From the IMG/VR virus record IMGVR_UViG_3300033814_000039, positions 1 to 35,075 of that record: a stretch of 35,075 nt of DNA, one strand, 5' to 3'. The position numbers and the translations under genes were made by a program. Source of the stretch: a virus. Its lineage: Duplodnaviria; Caudoviricetes. Below the pieces are notes generated by a model. That model had not been told where the DNA came from. It made no database searches and saw only the letters and a list, made by a program, of their open reading frames with translations. Position 1 is the stretch's first letter, and the number at the start of each line of letters is the position of its first letter. Below are positions 33,255 to 35,075 of the stretch, one piece after another.

Positions 33255-33649
33255 CGCCCACGCCTCCCGCCCCCGAAGAGACCGGCGAAGATCGAGCGGC
33301 CGTACTCGATCGGGGGACGGGCCGCAGCGGTGCTCGTCTCCGGCGGCGGCCCTTGTTGCAGGGGCTTGCGAGCGGGCGGCAACGCGTCCTCACAGAGGGG
33401 GTCGCGGCCGAACTGGTCCGGGAGTGCCGGCGACTCCCGCCAGAGGAGCGGCGGCTCGTTCGGATGCACGCGGACATGTTCCCAGAGTGTGCGCGCCGCC
33501 CCGAGGGGATCCGGCGCTCGGCACGAGATCCACCAGCGCACCTGGGCCTGTGGATAGCACACCCACTCCTGGGCCTCCGCGTAGAGCACGGGCTTCCAGC
33601 CGCGATCCGCGAGCTCCCGGAGCATCTGGGCCAGATCGGGCTCGCTCAC
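33251..33649 (-). CDS. Hypothetical protein (132 aa)
   Basis: GGAGG RBS; GTGA coupling. Confidence 0.6.
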   Translation of the reverse strand: MSEPDLAQMLRELADRGWKPVLYAEAQEWVCYPQAQVRWWISCRAPDPLGAARTLWEHVRVHPNEPPLLWRESPALPDQFGRDPLCEDALPPARKPLQQGPPPETSTAAARPPIEYGRSIFAGLFGGGRRGR

Positions 33650-34917
33650 CCCGCCACCTCCTCCGTCTCCTCCGCCGGCATGGCCTCCTCGACGTGCTCG
33701 CGGCCGATCGGCTTCTTCTTGTTGTCATAGGCCTCGATCAGGAGCTGGGCGAAGAGGACATTGGCGTCCAGCGGAAACGCGCAGCGGGTGCCGATCGCCT
33801 TGAGCGCCGCGGGGGTGATGACGTCCCCGATGCTGCCTTCGGCGCGCTGGATCTTGTGGCGAAGGTAGTCGGGGATTTCCTGGTTCATGGGCTGCAGCCG
33901 ATACGTCTGCAGGCGCAGCGTGACCTCGCTCAGGTCCCGCGTCCGCGGATTATAGGCCGCCTCGGGGTCCTGGCCGATCAGGACGATCCCCAGGAGCCGC
34001 CGGCCCAGGCCGTCCACTTCGTCCAGGAAGCGCTTGAGCGAGAGATACGTCGCCGCCCGGAGCTCGTGGGCCTCATCGATCCAGACGACCACCTGGCGGT
34101 TCTGGCGGCGTTGCTGGATCAACAGATATCGCATCGCGAGCGCCCGCTTGACGCGGTTCTGGGCTTCGGGGAATACTTCGTCCTTGGCGTCCGTCTTGCG
34201 CTTGATCGCCTGGATCACCGCGCTCACCAGGTCCAGCTCGCTGAGCCCGTGGGTGATGACGGCGCTCGGCTGGACCAGGGTGATGTCGTCGCGCTGCTTG
34301 AGCTCCTGCTCCACAGCGGCCGCCACGAGCGATTTCCCGGCGCCGCGCCGCCCCGCCAACCGGATAAAGCGCGCCTGCTCGGCCGCCTCGATGAGGACGG
34401 CCTTGGCCTCCTTGTGCTGGCTGCCCCACCAGACGTCCCGGGGATGTTTGATCTCGTCGAAGACCGGGTTCCGGGTGAACCCGAAATACCGGAGCATCGG
34501 TGCGGTGAGCATGGGGACTTCTTTCACCTCCTGATCGGCGCCGCGGCCCAGCTTCGCCTGGAGCGCCTCGGCTTTCTTGCGCCAGTACCATTGCGTCCAC
34601 GGGGACGCTCCTTTGCGGGCGAGGACCGCGTCGCGTTCGGCGAGGACTTCCCTGGGGAGGGCCGGAATCACTCCGAGCGCGACCATGGCCTCCCAGATCG
34701 CGTGGCTTTTCGGGTGATAGTGCCGCCGCCCCGCGTGGCCCCCTCGGAGCATGCAGACGAGCGGCCGGGACACGGTCACGCCGTTCCGGGCAATCCCCCA
34801 GCGCCGGAGAATCTCCGTCGCCCGCCGGGCAATGACCGCATCAGACACAGGCGGACGCCGCGAGGCCAAATAGCTCCGCACGTCCTTCAGGGTGGGCGCG
34901 CTCCTGGGGACCTTCAT
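33646..34917 (-). CDS. Transposition AAA+ ATPase (MuB-equivalent, ExeA-like), 423 aa from MKVPRS
   Basis: Walker A GRRGAGKS, Walker B VWIDEAH, IVLIGQ, YFGFTRNP; ATGA overlap with the upstream ORF places the start at 34917. Confidence 0.85.
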   Translation of the reverse strand: MKVPRSAPTLKDVRSYLASRRPPVSDAVIARRATEILRRWGIARNGVTVSRPLVCMLRGGHAGRRHYHPKSHAIWEAMVALGVIPALPREVLAERDAVLARKGASPWTQWYWRKKAEALQAKLGRGADQEVKEVPMLTAPMLRYFGFTRNPVFDEIKHPRDVWWGSQHKEAKAVLIEAAEQARFIRLAGRRGAGKSLVAAAVEQELKQRDDITLVQPSAVITHGLSELDLVSAVIQAIKRKTDAKDEVFPEAQNRVKRALAMRYLLIQQRRQNRQVVVWIDEAHELRAATYLSLKRFLDEVDGLGRRLLGIVLIGQDPEAAYNPRTRDLSEVTLRLQTYRLQPMNQEIPDYLRHKIQRAEGSIGDVITPAALKAIGTRCAFPLDANVLFAQLLIEAYDNKKKPIGREHVEEAMPAEETEEVAG

Positions 34918-35075
34918 CGGGAGACGCTCACGATCTTGGGCGAGGCGATCGGGACCCGGGCCAGGCACCAGGCGATGAACTCCTCCACCTTCGCCTCGGG
35001 TAACGTGGCCGCCGCGCTGAACCATCGATCGCGCTCGGCCCCTTCTTCTTCCGCGAGCGCCCGGCCGAGTTTCGC
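34914..35075 (-). CDS. C-terminal 53 aa of the upstream gene, probably the MuA-like transposase (partial)
   Basis: Open frame AKLGRALAEEEGAERDRWFSAAATLPEAKVEEFIAWCLARVPIASPKIVSVSR* ending in an ATGA overlap with the ATPase. Identity inferred from position only. Confidence 0.5.
   Translation of the reverse strand, partial: AKLGRALAEEEGAERDRWFSAAATLPEAKVEEFIAWCLARVPIASPKIVSVSR

Larger units (their letters stand above)
257..35075 (-). mobile_element. Transposable (Mu-like) prophage with siphovirus-type tail; late-gene end at ~257, other end outside the window
   Basis: MuB/ExeA ATPase, Gam, GemA, gp26/27/28-like and Mu-F-like genes in Mu-like order. Terminal TG at 257-258 (CA-3' on the minus strand) abuts an interrupted host gene. 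No tail sheath gene was found. Confidence 0.92.

Noticed and set aside
33646-34917. Type II secretion ExeA gene
   Set aside because: The context (Gam, GemA, Mu-like late genes, no secretion genes) indicates a transposition ATPase.

Overview
About 34.8 kb of this high-GC window (257 to beyond 35075) is a transposable (Mu-like) prophage with a predicted non-contractile tail. All of its genes are on the minus strand and most are translationally coupled. In transcription order they are: the C-terminus of a probable transposase, an ExeA/MuB-type AAA ATPase, small early genes (Gam, two GemA-like genes, Zn-binding proteins, an HTH_17 regulator), a lysis cassette (NlpC/P60 endolysin), Mu gp26/gp27/gp28-like packaging genes, portal, a Mu-F-like protein, a protease-scaffold-capsid fusion, a ~7 kb accessory structural block, neck genes, tail tube, two paralogous tail chaperones, tape measure and tail tip/fibre genes. 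The prophage end (TG at 257) interrupts a host type I restriction hsdR-like gene. The most unusual observations are: (i) five signal-peptide-bearing, mostly virion-type (decoration/FN3/fibre-base) genes directly behind the capsid gene; (ii) a duplicated tail chaperone apparently replacing the usual G/GT frameshift; (iii) an out-of-frame G13 tract splitting a Zn-knuckle gene. All calls come from motif recognition and gene order; no database search was run.
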